A stretch of DNA of 64,000 bases from a bacterium (GCA_040390065.1 JAZJZE010000005.1:373170-437169); one strand, 5' to 3'. Shown: positions 48,825-59,012, numbered from the stretch's first letter. Notes: generated by a model from the sequence alone, not told the origin. Numbers and translations are program-made.

Positions 48825-49050
48825 CCGTCGAGGGCGATGGCCGCTCAATCGGTTCGCGATTTGGACGGTACGACTCTATCAGAAGCGCACGGCCGACAAG
48901 CCACACAAGTGCTTGCATTACCCCACATGCTCGACGTTCAGCATCCTGGCGTTTGAGAAGTACGGCTTTTTCCTGGCTTCGCTCAAGACCATGAAGCGCA
49001 TTCGGCTCTGCAATCCGTTTTCGACGCTGCCGTACGAAGACTACCCCTGA
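48796..49050 (+). CDS. yidD: Membrane protein insertion efficiency factor YidD-like
   Basis: VRLYQK, CLHYPTCS, AFEKYG, RIRLCNPF. Confidence 0.8.
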   Translation: MPTPKSSTASRRGRWPLNRFAIWTVRLYQKRTADKPHKCLHYPTCSTFSILAFEKYGFFLASLKTMKRIRLCNPFSTLPYEDYP

Positions 49051-49183
49051 AAATACCTGAGTGCGGCTAGTTGTTTCCGGCGTGGGAGGCCGAGCTCAAG
49101 GACCCCTGGTTTGGCGGCGCCATGATTGCGGGCTCCCCATGTGGCATCTGCTTCGGCGCACACTGTCCCGGAGGGGAGAAAAA

Positions 49184-50095
49184 TCATTCCAGGCTGTCAC
49201 GTTGCCACGGAATCATTGCCACCCTTTTCTGATGTGCCTGCCGTTCCCGGCTAGAGATAAAAGACGACAAATGGCGCTGGAGATCTGGCGTGTCCCACGC
49301 AACCTCCATGTTGGCCTTCAGCCATCCCCACGTATCGCCGGCATCGAGCCGCTGCCCCGAAACAAGAACGGCCGACATTCCCTCATCGATGGCAAGGTTA
49401 GCTAACGCCTCGGTTAGCTGGATTTCCCCACCGAGGCCTGGAGCCGCCGCAGCCAGTATCGAGAAAATTCTCGGCGTCAAGACGTAACGTCCAACTACCG
49501 CGAGATCGCTAGGAGCCTTGGCAGCCGCAGGCTTTTCTTCCAAGGTTCGTACGCGATAAACGCCAGGCCGAAATTCCTCGTTCAAGCCGAATACGCCGTA
49601 TCGACTGATGTCCGCGCCCGAAACGCGAACCCCACCAACTGCCGATAGCCCCGTCTGGTCATGGACATCCATGAGTTGCTTCGTTGCGGGTACCGGACCG
49701 CGAACTATGTCGTCGGCCAGGAGGACGGCAAACGGCTCATTTCCAACAAAATTCCGAGCGCACAGCACAGCATGACCTAGACCCCGCGGTGCATCTTGCT
49801 GCACGTAGTGGATGTTGACGATCTGACTACCACCTGTCAAGCGTAGCGCTGTACCGACCTCGGGGTTGCGCCCGATTTGCCGCTCAACTTCAACGGTTCG
49901 GCCAAAGTGGTCCTGGATGGCGCGCGCCCCCGGCCCCGTGACAATCAAGATTTCGTCACAGCCTGATTCCACGGCTTCCTCGACCACGTACTGGATGACC
50001 GGCTTGTCAACGACCGGCAGCATTGCCTTCGGCATGGAATGGGTCGCAGCGAGCATGCGAGTACCCAAGCCTCCCGCTGGAATGACCGCCTTCAT
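49184..50095 (-). CDS. galU: UTP--glucose-1-phosphate uridylyltransferase
   Basis: KAVIPAGGLGTR, PKAMLPVVDKPVIQY, GLGHAV, EEKP, GEIQLT. Confidence 0.9.
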   Translation of the reverse strand: MKAVIPAGGLGTRMLAATHSMPKAMLPVVDKPVIQYVVEEAVESGCDEILIVTGPGARAIQDHFGRTVEVERQIGRNPEVGTALRLTGGSQIVNIHYVQQDAPRGLGHAVLCARNFVGNEPFAVLLADDIVRGPVPATKQLMDVHDQTGLSAVGGVRVSGADISRYGVFGLNEEFRPGVYRVRTLEEKPAAAKAPSDLAVVGRYVLTPRIFSILAAAAPGLGGEIQLTEALANLAIDEGMSAVLVSGQRLDAGDTWGWLKANMEVAWDTPDLQRHLSSFISSRERQAHQKRVAMIPWQRDSLE

Positions 50096-51471
50096 TTCTC
50101 GGCTCCGTTCCCAACGGCGTTGCCGGTCGGGTAGCCTGGGGCGACGCCGACCCCCTGTACCTGCCAACCATGTTTGACAAGGTCGTCGAAGGGCAGACTG
50201 TTTCTGGCGTCAAGCAGGCGGGCCGCCTTCGCAATCGAGTGAAGGCCGCCCCAGTCCAATGAGGCGTATTCGGGCCATTCCGTCATGTGCACGACAACAT
50301 CGGCGTCCTGGACGGCAAGGGTCACCTGCGCCGCCTGCCGAACGCCGACAATCTGCGATGCGTTCGGCAGGATTGCGATGGGGTCGTGCATCGTGACGGC
50401 GGCCCCTTTGGAGACCAGCGCTTCCGCCAGGAGGAGCCCGGGCGCGCCACGTGAGTCGTCCGTCCCAGGCTTGAAGGAGATTCCGAGAATTGCCACGCGT
50501 TTGCCGATAGGCTTTCCGTCAAGCGCGCCCTCAACCTTGCCGAGGATACGCCGCCATTGGGCCTCGTTGGTTCGTTCGGCGGCCTCCGCCACCGGCATCC
50601 CTAGATTATGGGTTCTGGCAACAGCGGCAAGGCCGCGGACGTCTTTGGACAAGCACGACCCTCCGTACCCAATTCCCGGACGCAGGAATTCTGGTCCGAT
50701 GCGGCTATCATCACCTAGAATCATGGCCACATGGCGCACGTCGGCGCCAAGCGCATCGCACAGGTTGGCGACTTCGTTAATGAGACTGATGCGAACGGCC
50801 AGGAACGCGTTTGCGGCATATTTTGACATTTCGGCGGTTCGCCGGTCGACGAAGTGGCGCGGTGCTTCTGGGCGGATGTCGGTCCACAACGAGGCCACGA
50901 GTCTCGCGGAAGCGAGAGGGCCGCCGAAGACGAGCCGTCTGGGTGCCAAGAAATCACGGACAGCGGTGCCTTCTGCCAGGAATTCTGGTGAATTCACGAC
51001 TTCGATGTCCTGGCGACCACTTGCCTGCATTTGGGCGGCTAGCAAGTCGCCGGTTCCCGGGGGCACGGTGCTAGAAATCACCAAGACGATTCCGCGTGGG
51101 GCCGCTGCCGCCACGCTAACCGCGGCGGCTTGCACGAACGATAGGTCGGCGGTCCCGTCGGCAGCGGCGGGGGTGCCCACGGTCAGAATCGCGATGCTGG
51201 CCGTCGACAAGGCTGGCGCCAACGCAGAGTCAAACTTGAGGTGACCGAGAGCCTTTGCGGCGCGCACCACGCGGCCAAGATCAGGTTCGCTGAAGGGAAG
51301 CCGACCCTCCAGCAGCGCCTGGATACGGCCAGGGTCGATGTCGACGCAGGTGACGTTGTGTCCCTTTTCGGCCAGGCACGCCCCTGTGACCAGGCCGACA
51401 TGGCCGGTTCCCACGATGACCACGTTCCGGAATTGCGGACCTCCGAAGCCGTCGTGGTCGTTCATAGCCAA
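50092..51471 (-). CDS. ugd: UDP-glucose/GDP-mannose dehydrogenase
   Basis: GTGHVG, VGTP, PEFLAEG, KYAANAFLA, GYGGSCLSKD, FKPGTDD. Confidence 0.9.
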   Translation of the reverse strand: MAMNDHDGFGGPQFRNVVIVGTGHVGLVTGACLAEKGHNVTCVDIDPGRIQALLEGRLPFSEPDLGRVVRAAKALGHLKFDSALAPALSTASIAILTVGTPAAADGTADLSFVQAAAVSVAAAAPRGIVLVISSTVPPGTGDLLAAQMQASGRQDIEVVNSPEFLAEGTAVRDFLAPRRLVFGGPLASARLVASLWTDIRPEAPRHFVDRRTAEMSKYAANAFLAVRISLINEVANLCDALGADVRHVAMILGDDSRIGPEFLRPGIGYGGSCLSKDVRGLAAVARTHNLGMPVAEAAERTNEAQWRRILGKVEGALDGKPIGKRVAILGISFKPGTDDSRGAPGLLLAEALVSKGAAVTMHDPIAILPNASQIVGVRQAAQVTLAVQDADVVVHMTEWPEYASLDWGGLHSIAKAARLLDARNSLPFDDLVKHGWQVQGVGVAPGYPTGNAVGNGAEK

Positions 51472-51526
51472 AGGTAGGATTACCCCTCGTTAAACCGATG
51501 CCCCGGCGGTTTCTTCGACCGGGGCG

Positions 51527-52477
51527 CTACGCAAAGGGGGCTGCGGCGGCGCGGGGCGTGGCGTCCTGCCACACTGGAGGTAGATGCGGCGGGCGAAGGT
51601 GCGGGTCTGGGGCGAGGGCGGCCGCGACGAATTGAGGAACCCCTGGTCCCGCTGCCTGAAGGGCAGAGGAGGCGAGCGCCTCCTCAGAAATGGCGGCATG
51701 CGTCCTGGCATACTCGTCCCACGCCTCTTGGGGCGGATGAATCAGATTTGTGTAGGGTGGGCGCCCTGTAGCAACAGTGAAAATTGATGACCCGAGAGAA
51801 AAGAAGTCGGCGCGGCGGTCCAGAATGTTGCGGCATTCCATGATTTGTTCAGGGGCCCAATGTACCCATTTCCCTGAACCCAAGCGATACGGCGCTGGAG
51901 TGCGCGCAACCATGTCTTTCTCGGACCGGACGCTACCCACGTCGACGAAGACGGTGCGCCCAGTTCGGTCGTCGACAACGAGGTTAGCGGGCTTGAAGTC
52001 GCGCATGACAAATGCCCCCCTTGGGCTCTCGTGAAACCTTGGGAATAGTTGCACGGCGGCTTCAAGCAGGCTTCGGACCAACTTGACTCGGCGGCTGGCA
52101 GACGTCGCCCCATGAAGAATATCTGACAGCGCGATCCCGGGCACATATTCGCGTGCGAGGAACCCGCCGTCTAGGCTCTTGGCAACGAGGCGGGGTACGG
52201 CGTCGCACCGAAGGGCGCCGAGGATCATCTCTTCTCGACGCAGAGTTGATTCGGCGGCTGCCGCCTCTTGGGCCGTTCTCCCGGCATAGGCCGGGACCTT
52301 CACGACAACGTCATCCCCTGTCTTCATTCGCAGCAAGAACAGTGCGCCCTGCCCGCCAACCGATAACTGGCGGATGGACGTGCATTCCGCGTCAATTGCA
52401 CGGAAGGCTTCCGTCAGGCGGGCGGCAATTCGAGGATGCTGCGCCGCGTGGCGAATTTGGTCGCTACCTGTCTGCAC
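51527..52477 (-). CDS. Hanks-type Ser/Thr protein kinase-like protein
   Basis: GGQG loop, VVKVP, RDFKPAN, VDVG, APEQ, DFFSLG. Confidence 0.85.
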   Translation of the reverse strand: MQTGSDQIRHAAQHPRIAARLTEAFRAIDAECTSIRQLSVGGQGALFLLRMKTGDDVVVKVPAYAGRTAQEAAAAESTLRREEMILGALRCDAVPRLVAKSLDGGFLAREYVPGIALSDILHGATSASRRVKLVRSLLEAAVQLFPRFHESPRGAFVMRDFKPANLVVDDRTGRTVFVDVGSVRSEKDMVARTPAPYRLGSGKWVHWAPEQIMECRNILDRRADFFSLGSSIFTVATGRPPYTNLIHPPQEAWDEYARTHAAISEEALASSALQAAGPGVPQFVAAALAPDPHLRPPHLPPVWQDATPRAAAAPFA

Positions 52478-53538
52478 GGAAGGTCATCACCGCCTGTTCG
52501 TAGGTCGCACGGAGGCGGCTCGTCACGGCATCAAGAGAATGCCGGGCTCGGACGCGCGGGGCCACGACGTGCTCAAGATGCTCCTGAAAGTCGTCTGCGT
52601 CGACGAGCCCGAGGACGGCGTCCGCCAAAGCGTTGGGGTCGTTGGCTTCAACTAGAACGCCCGAATCCGTGTGCGTCACAATATCTGGAATGCTCCCGGT
52701 CGCGGTGGTGACGACGGGAAGCCCCATGGCCTGTGCCCACAAGATTGTTTGTGGAGTGCCGTCGGCGTTCCCATCGTCCGCTACGCGCGCCGGATGGACG
52801 AGGATCCCGGATTGCGCCATCGCAGCCAGGGTGGCGTCCAATCCTTGGAATCCACGCCACGTCACCCGAGGTTCAACCCCTAAGTCAGAAGCCAGCTTCT
52901 GAAGCTCGTGCCGGCAGGGTCCATCGCCTATGATCGTCATAGTGAAACCTGCGGGAAGACGAGAAAGTGCCGCCAAGGAAATGTCGACCCCCTTTTTTTG
53001 GGACGAGCCTAGCCACCACAAGGAGCGAAAAAGGATTCCGCTTTGAGGGCCTGGGCAGCCGGTGCAAATCGATGGCAACGGGTAACACGACAATTGGACG
53101 TTGGACGCCGAGCCGGCGCAGACGTTGAACGTCCGAGGGCCCGACCACCGTAAGCGCATCGGCCCGGGTTGCGACCGCGCGAGTCCACGGTGAGTAGCGG
53201 CTATCGAAAATCTTGGCATTGGTGTCAAAACCACCGTGAAAACTAAGGATAAATGGAAGCCCGGCGGCCACGGCAGCGCGACCCGCTCGCAGGGCCGTCC
53301 GGCCATCATAGACCGCGTGCACTACGTCCAAGGCATCTGGGCCGAAGGTCAGTGGGCCGCGCGAGTAAGGGACGCGCTCGACCACGTTTTCAAATGTGAA
53401 GTGATCTGTGAATTCCTTTGCATAGACGTGAAACTCGCAATCCGCCAATCGTGCTACCAGCATGGCCATGCCGTGATGCGTCGGTTCGAGAAAACGGTGC
53501 GTGACCAATGCAATGCTCAGACGCCCATTTTCCGACAT
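52464..53538 (-). pseudogene. GT4 glycosyltransferase split by a +1 frameshift in an A7G5 run
   Basis: Frame 1 ends ...VARLVPKKG, frame 2 resumes KKGVDISLAA...AMGLPVVTT; homopolymer at 52988-52999. Confidence 0.8.
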
Positions 53539-53584
53539 GGCGGTCACGGGCGCGCTCCCGGCGGTGTCCCGATACGGCACGATT

Positions 53585-54196
53585 TCACGAACCTTCTCGG
53601 CGGGATTGCCATTCCTGCCGGGACATTCGAAGATCAACGATCTCAATCGGACTGCCGTCTGGTCGCGTGCGGACCGAACGTCCCACGATCCGCATTCCAA
53701 GGGCCTCGTTCAGTCGCGCCGCTCTTTCGTTCCCAACGACGTAACTCGTGCGCACGCTGGACAAGTCAAAATGTCGTAGAAAGCGGTCCGCCAGGGATGC
53801 GCCGGCGTCGAAGGCTGCGGACGCCTGCCGGCCACCCGTGGCCAGAGCAACCGGTGCCGCGGTCGTCGCGACCACTGCAATCCTACCGGCGGCTACCGAC
53901 CGATCGACCGGATCCCAATCTGTCCATCCAATCGTGCCGAGAAATCGCCCGTCGCTTCGATTTCTGATACATAGAATGGCCTCCCATGGCCGGTTCGTTT
54001 CCGAAAGAATCCAAGCGCGGTTCGTTTCCTCACCAAGAACTGTGTCATCGATGAACCAACGCCGGACGGCCGGCGAGTTGCGCAGGCCCGTCATGGAAGA
54101 GACGTCGTCAGGCCGTGGCCATTCCAGGAACGTGAAGACCCCGGTCGCCACAACGCCGCTGGTCGGGAATTCCTGGAATGGCACTCCGTCCGTCAT
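53585..54196 (-). CDS. GNAT N-acetyltransferase (PseH/RimJ-like)
   Basis: LRNSPAVRRWF, FLGTIG, NERAARLNEALGM. Confidence 0.8.
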   Translation of the reverse strand: MTDGVPFQEFPTSGVVATGVFTFLEWPRPDDVSSMTGLRNSPAVRRWFIDDTVLGEETNRAWILSETNRPWEAILCIRNRSDGRFLGTIGWTDWDPVDRSVAAGRIAVVATTAAPVALATGGRQASAAFDAGASLADRFLRHFDLSSVRTSYVVGNERAARLNEALGMRIVGRSVRTRPDGSPIEIVDLRMSRQEWQSRREGS

Positions 54197-55308
54197 GCAA
54201 CGACCCGCGCGGGTTGGACGGCAGCGCATACGGCGGCTCCCACGGTGTCAACCTCTTCCAAGCTCATCGCCGGATAGGCGGGCAACGTCACGATTTCCGA
54301 CGCGGCTTGTTCGGCCGAAGGGCACCTCTTGCCCAACGCAGCAAAGAGCGGGTGTTTCGACAGCGAGTCATAATGCAGACCGGAAGCAATTCCCGCTTTG
54401 GCCAGGGCTGCGCGCAGTCGGTCTCGGCCCCACGTCACTCGGACGACATACATGAGGCGCGAGTCATCGGGCCCTCTGGGCAGCAGACGAACATGGGGTT
54501 CCAGAATCCCAAGCCTCCGGTCCAAACGATGCGCAATTTCCTGTCGGCGCGCCCGGGTTGCGGCGAGGGAATCGATTCCGGTCTGGGCGATTGCAGCCGC
54601 GATGTCGTTCAACCGCAGTTTGAGCCCCGACTCCCCAGAATAATGTTCCGAGGCATGCACCGGCGTGGAGGTACGCGTCATAGTATCCGTTTCTAATCCC
54701 AGGTTGGAAAGACTGCGGGCGCGGGCTTCATCCAGCATGTGCTGGCCCCAGAGCATTCCGCCCTCCCCTCCAGGTGCTTCCTTCACCCCGTTGAAGCTGT
54801 AGCATGCGAGGTCGCCCAGCGGGCCGCGAGCGTCGAGGAGGTCGAGTCGGTGGGCGCAGTCCTCGACCAAAACGAGGCCCCGCGAATCGCACAGCTGCCT
54901 GAAGCTTGCCGTTTCCGCTCGCTGCCCATACAAGTGAACCACGACAATCGCACGTGTTTTCGCCGTGATTTGTTCCGCCGCCGTTTCCGGGGTCACCATC
55001 AGGCTAACCGGATCGACGTCCGCAATCCTGACCTTGAAGCCCGCTTCCTTGAAGGCCATTGCAGTCGCGACGTACGTCAGGGCGGGCACGATGACCTCAT
55101 CTCCCACCTTCGGCGAGAGGAGACGGCCGGCCGTGAAGAGGGCCGCGGTACAAGACGACGTGCCAACGGCCCAGCCGCCACGGCCCTCGACGAAGCCTTG
55201 CTCAAGCGCGCGAGATGCGGGCCCATAGCCAATCCAGCCCGAGCTCAGGCATCGTCGAACGGCCTCGATGGCCTCGGGTGGAAGCGCAGGCCTCACGAGG
55301 GGAATCAT
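54193..55308 (-). CDS. DegT/DnrJ/EryC1/StrS PLP-dependent sugar aminotransferase
   Basis: SSCTAAL, VHLYG, EDCAH, SFNGVK, GEGG, TLPAYP. Confidence 0.9.
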   Translation of the reverse strand: MIPLVRPALPPEAIEAVRRCLSSGWIGYGPASRALEQGFVEGRGGWAVGTSSCTAALFTAGRLLSPKVGDEVIVPALTYVATAMAFKEAGFKVRIADVDPVSLMVTPETAAEQITAKTRAIVVVHLYGQRAETASFRQLCDSRGLVLVEDCAHRLDLLDARGPLGDLACYSFNGVKEAPGGEGGMLWGQHMLDEARARSLSNLGLETDTMTRTSTPVHASEHYSGESGLKLRLNDIAAAIAQTGIDSLAATRARRQEIAHRLDRRLGILEPHVRLLPRGPDDSRLMYVVRVTWGRDRLRAALAKAGIASGLHYDSLSKHPLFAALGKRCPSAEQAASEIVTLPAYPAMSLEEVDTVGAAVCAAVQPARVVA

Positions 55309-56510
55309 GGATGATCCTTCCCCTGCGCCTGCACGCGAGCGAAGACGCCGGCGTAGTCGCGTGCCTCATCGTCGGGTGTCCGCTGCAACATTTTTTCAGC
55401 TGCCGCCTGGCCCATCCGGTGGACCGCTTCCCGGTTGCGATTCAGCCTTTGCAAGGCAGCGGCAAGGGAATCCGAGTCCCCTGCCGGAACGAGCAAGCCG
55501 TTCACATTGTCGGTAATCACATCTGAAAAGAAGTGCGACGCAACCGGACATAGCCCCATGGCCATTCCTTCCAGCAGGCCATTTGCCATTCCATCATCCA
55601 GACTTGGCATTACCACGACGTCGCAGCCGGCGGCCCAGCTGGCCACGTCGTCGCGCGGCACCATCCCAGACACGAATGCGTGGCCACGGTCTTTCAGCGT
55701 TTGCCAAGCGGTTCCACAAAGTCGAAGCTCCATGGAGCCCAAATCCGGGCCCACCACCAGGAAGCGTACCGGCGAGTCCGGCCCCAGAGCGCCCAGCGCT
55801 TCGACGAGCGGCGCAACGCCCTTCTTCTCGCGAAGGGTTCCGATGAAGACGATGCGAAGCGCGGACTCGTCCCAACCTGTTGCACGGGCCAGGGCTGCTC
55901 GGCTTTGCGCGCGTGAATGCGTGCTTCCCCCACGGACGCTATTCGGTATGACCAGGGTCTTGTTGGCCACATTCGGATGAGCCAGCAACAACCGTTCGCG
56001 CAGGTGGTCGTTGACGCAGACCACGGTATCCGCACCCTGGACAATCCACGAGATGACGCCGAAGCGTTCAACATGAAACATGTTGCGCCCAAGATCATTG
56101 CCGCGGATACCGGCAACGAACGGCACCCGGAGATGACGGGCCACATATTGGGCAAGGAATCCCGCATTCAGAAGATAGAATGCCAAGATGACGTCGACGC
56201 CCTGGCGCCTCAGAATCTGCGACATGGCCTCGAAAGCGCGCCTTCTCAGCGTGGCTTTCACTTTCTCGGGCACCTGGTCGGCGGACAGCGCCGGCTGTTT
56301 CAGAAAGAACGGCCCAATCCGACTGACCTGCACGCCCTGGTCGAGCTCTTCAATGCAGTAGTCCGCCGAGGCAACATCCCGCGAATGGTCGAAGCAGATC
56401 ACATGGACCTCGACGCCTTGCCTGACCAAGGCCCGAGCGACGCGTTGGGCGCTCGTGGCAACCCCCCCATCGGTTGGCGGGTAGTGCTCCGACACAAACC
56501 CAATCTTCAT
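55305..56510 (-). CDS. GT4 glycosyltransferase
   Basis: YPPTDGG, LREKKG, PSLDDGMANGLLEGMAMG, NGLLVP. Confidence 0.9.
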   Translation of the reverse strand: MKIGFVSEHYPPTDGGVATSAQRVARALVRQGVEVHVICFDHSRDVASADYCIEELDQGVQVSRIGPFFLKQPALSADQVPEKVKATLRRRAFEAMSQILRRQGVDVILAFYLLNAGFLAQYVARHLRVPFVAGIRGNDLGRNMFHVERFGVISWIVQGADTVVCVNDHLRERLLLAHPNVANKTLVIPNSVRGGSTHSRAQSRAALARATGWDESALRIVFIGTLREKKGVAPLVEALGALGPDSPVRFLVVGPDLGSMELRLCGTAWQTLKDRGHAFVSGMVPRDDVASWAAGCDVVVMPSLDDGMANGLLEGMAMGLCPVASHFFSDVITDNVNGLLVPAGDSDSLAAALQRLNRNREAVHRMGQAAAEKMLQRTPDDEARDYAGVFARVQAQGKDHP

Positions 56511-56764
56511 CGATTTGTCACCGTTTCCGACGATTGGTGATTGCTAATTATAGGATTGGGTCGCAAACAGACGGACGGCTTTCGGGCTACGTCGGGCCCG
56601 CCCGCCGACCCCGGTGTTCCGTGCGAGACCTCGTCGTCCCGGCCAGGGGTTTCCGCCACCAGGGCGTGGCTCAAGGAAAACAGAATTGGGGGGAAGGCCG
56701 CTGGCGGCATGCGAGCAACCGCTCGTAAACAACACCTTCAAGCGCTAGGCGCCTTGCCCCGCCT

Positions 56765-57356
56765 GTGCCCACGGGAAGAGTGGAAGCCCGCCTTCCCCCC
56801 GGCTCTCAGGCACCTGAACGGTTTCTGGTGACCGGCGCAGCTGGATTCATCGGATCCACGGTTTGCCGTCTGCTGGCGAGCGAGGGCTCGGACGTCGTCG
56901 GCATCGACAACCTCAACGGCACCGCACACCCCGCACTCCAAGCATGGCGGCTTGAACAACTGCGGCCGCTGGACAGATTCTCGTTTGTACAAGCCAGCAT
57001 CGACGACCGGGCGGCAATCGGGGAGGTTCTTGATGCCGGCTCTTGGGACGGCATCATCAACCTGGCGGGCCTCGGTGGAGTCCGGTCAAGCCTACGCGAC
57101 CCATGGGGCCACCTTAGGACGAACGCTGCGGGGACCCTGAACCTTCTGGATCTGTGTCGGAGCCGCGACATCAAGCGCTTCCTGTTGGCTTCGACATCAA
57201 GCCTGTACGGCCGCAACAATTCCACGCCGTTCCATGAGGACGCGGATACGACTCGGCCGTTGTCGCCCTATGCGGCATCAAAGGCGGCAGCCGAAGCAAT
57301 GGCTGCGGCTTATGCACACCTCTACGGCATCAATGTTGCCGTCCCGCGGTACTTTT
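56765..57356 (+). pseudogene. NAD-dependent epimerase/dehydratase (UDP-glucuronate 4-epimerase-like), 3'-truncated
   Basis: VTGAAGFIG, ASTSSLYG, YAASK; similarity stops at PRYF where TVYGP is expected. Confidence 0.82.
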
Positions 57357-58395
57357 CACCCCGAAGGATCTTGAGTTCCAAATCGTTGATGCCAGTCCCA
57401 AGGGCGTACGTGGTGGAGAAGCCGCGGAAGCAATGGCTGTTGAATCGCTCCTCCCGCTTCTTTTCGCGACCAGTCATGAGGCCTATGCGCTTGGCGTTCT
57501 TGTGGAGGGTGGTGCGGTAGTTGCCCCGCCAGCCCTTGCCCCAAGGCAGACCTCGTTGAGTGATGGCAAACCGTGTTGTGACGGGTTTGCCATCGTCGTC
57601 TCGTTGCACGTGGTCGTCACGCCATGGCAGGTAACGGTCGGTAAGCCAAGTCTTGAGTTCCCGGTCGAAGATGATGCGGTGGTTGCCTAGGCGTTTGCCC
57701 CCCATGGCGCGGTTCCGTGGAATCTCAGCCCAGCCTTGCTCCAGGTTCCACATTCCTGGGACCATGTCGAGTTTCAGGACCTCGTGCATCCGGACGAAGC
57801 ATTTCGCCTGCACGAGGTAGGGCGTTCCGTGTTGCACTGGCGATTCGAGCACAATGCGCTTCACGTCGGGCATGGTTAGTTCGCGGGTGCGAGCGTTGCG
57901 GCTTCGTTCAGCGAACAGCTCCCGGTGGCGCTGCTCGAAGGACGCGCGGGGCCCGGCAATCGGATTCACTGCGACGTGACCTTCCATCAACAGCCATTCG
58001 TAGAGGGCATTCATGGTCCGAAGGTACGAGCGCACCCCGGTCGGATCGAGGGGCGCGTAGCGCGGGCATGATTGAGGCGCGGCTCCGGTCAGAAGGGGGC
58101 ATGACTGGACGGCCAAACCGACGTTGCACTTTGGGTCCGCCCCCCGAAGGTGTTTGCACTTGCCTTCGAGGCGTTGGATGGCCGTTTCAACGTCGTGAGC
58201 TTCCAGCTGAGTAAGGAGCGTGGAGCCCCAAAGGCGTGCGAAGGCCTTGGCTTCCTTGGGGTAGTGCTCGAGTACGCTCTGAGCCGAACCCTTGTGCTCC
58301 AATGCGTCTGCCCAGGTCGTGATGATTTCGTCGCTGCTGGCCCACACGCGGCGCTGTGGGGCCGGAGTCTTCCTAAGGGGCTCCATCCAGCTCAT
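57322..58395 (-). pseudogene. Archaeal-type tyrosine recombinase/integrase, C-terminally truncated
   Basis: NPI, KCFVRMHEV, KRLGN, SHCFR, ILRG then unrelated tail; catalytic Tyr segment missing. Confidence 0.78.
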
Positions 58396-58811
58396 GCAGT
58401 CGCCTCCACCAACGCGATGCCTTTTGCGACAGCGCGCATGAGGGTGGCCTCCATCTCCGCGAGCCGGACCTCCAGGCGCGTGTTCTTGGCGGCGACTTCC
58501 GCGTTGGACCCTTGCAGCCACGTGTACGCGTCGCGCAACTTTTGGAGTTCCTCTGCCATTTCGCGCTCGCGTTGACCGGGCCCGCGCAACGCGAGCTCGA
58601 CCATCTCTTGCATCCACGGGCCGAGCCCGATGCCTCGGGCCGCGGCCAAGGCACGCCACCTCTCTTCGCGGTCTCCCTTGAGGTGGACGCCCTGCTTGAC
58701 GCGATAGTACCGGGAGTAGTAAGTCCTCAACTGGTCTCGGTCATCGGTTGTCAGCGGCTCTCCACGGCGGACCTTGGCGCGTAGGATTGTAACCGGGCTC
58801 TTCGGCCTCAT
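58392..58811 (-). CDS. Ribbon-helix-helix plus coiled-coil protein coupled to the integrase
   Basis: GVHLKGDREERWRALAAARGIGLGPWMQEMVE then heptad repeats; ATGA overlap. Confidence 0.6.
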   Translation of the reverse strand: MRPKSPVTILRAKVRRGEPLTTDDRDQLRTYYSRYYRVKQGVHLKGDREERWRALAAARGIGLGPWMQEMVELALRGPGQREREMAEELQKLRDAYTWLQGSNAEVAAKNTRLEVRLAEMEATLMRAVAKGIALVEATA

Positions 58812-59012
58812 GGTGCCATCCGAACCTTGTCCTGCAATTAAGGGTGGTTCGGAAGGTACGAACTCAAGCGCACTTGATTCGAGGTGTGCTAGAGGTTGAT
58901 TGTTTACACGCGACGAAGCTTTCGCTGGGATGTCTTGCATGGGGATGCACCGCCCGGATCACCCCAATTGCTTCGTGTTGTGCAACAATTTGCGTCGAGT
59001 TGGCGCCGGCCG

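Larger units (their letters stand above)
28590..58990. mobile_element. Putative integrated genomic island (degenerate), boundaries approximate
   Basis: Visible drop in GC3 codon bias between host-like genes; tyrosine recombinase plus RHH gene at the right end; TA-like and glycosylation cargo; no att site confirmed. Confidence 0.65.

Noticed and set aside
53585-55308. Complete pseudaminic/legionaminic acid pathway
   Set aside because: Only the aminotransferase and GNAT are present; no PseB/G/I/F-like genes
28590-58990. Provirus or conjugative element
   Set aside because: No recognisable capsid, terminase, packaging ATPase, VirB4/VirD4, relaxase or replication gene
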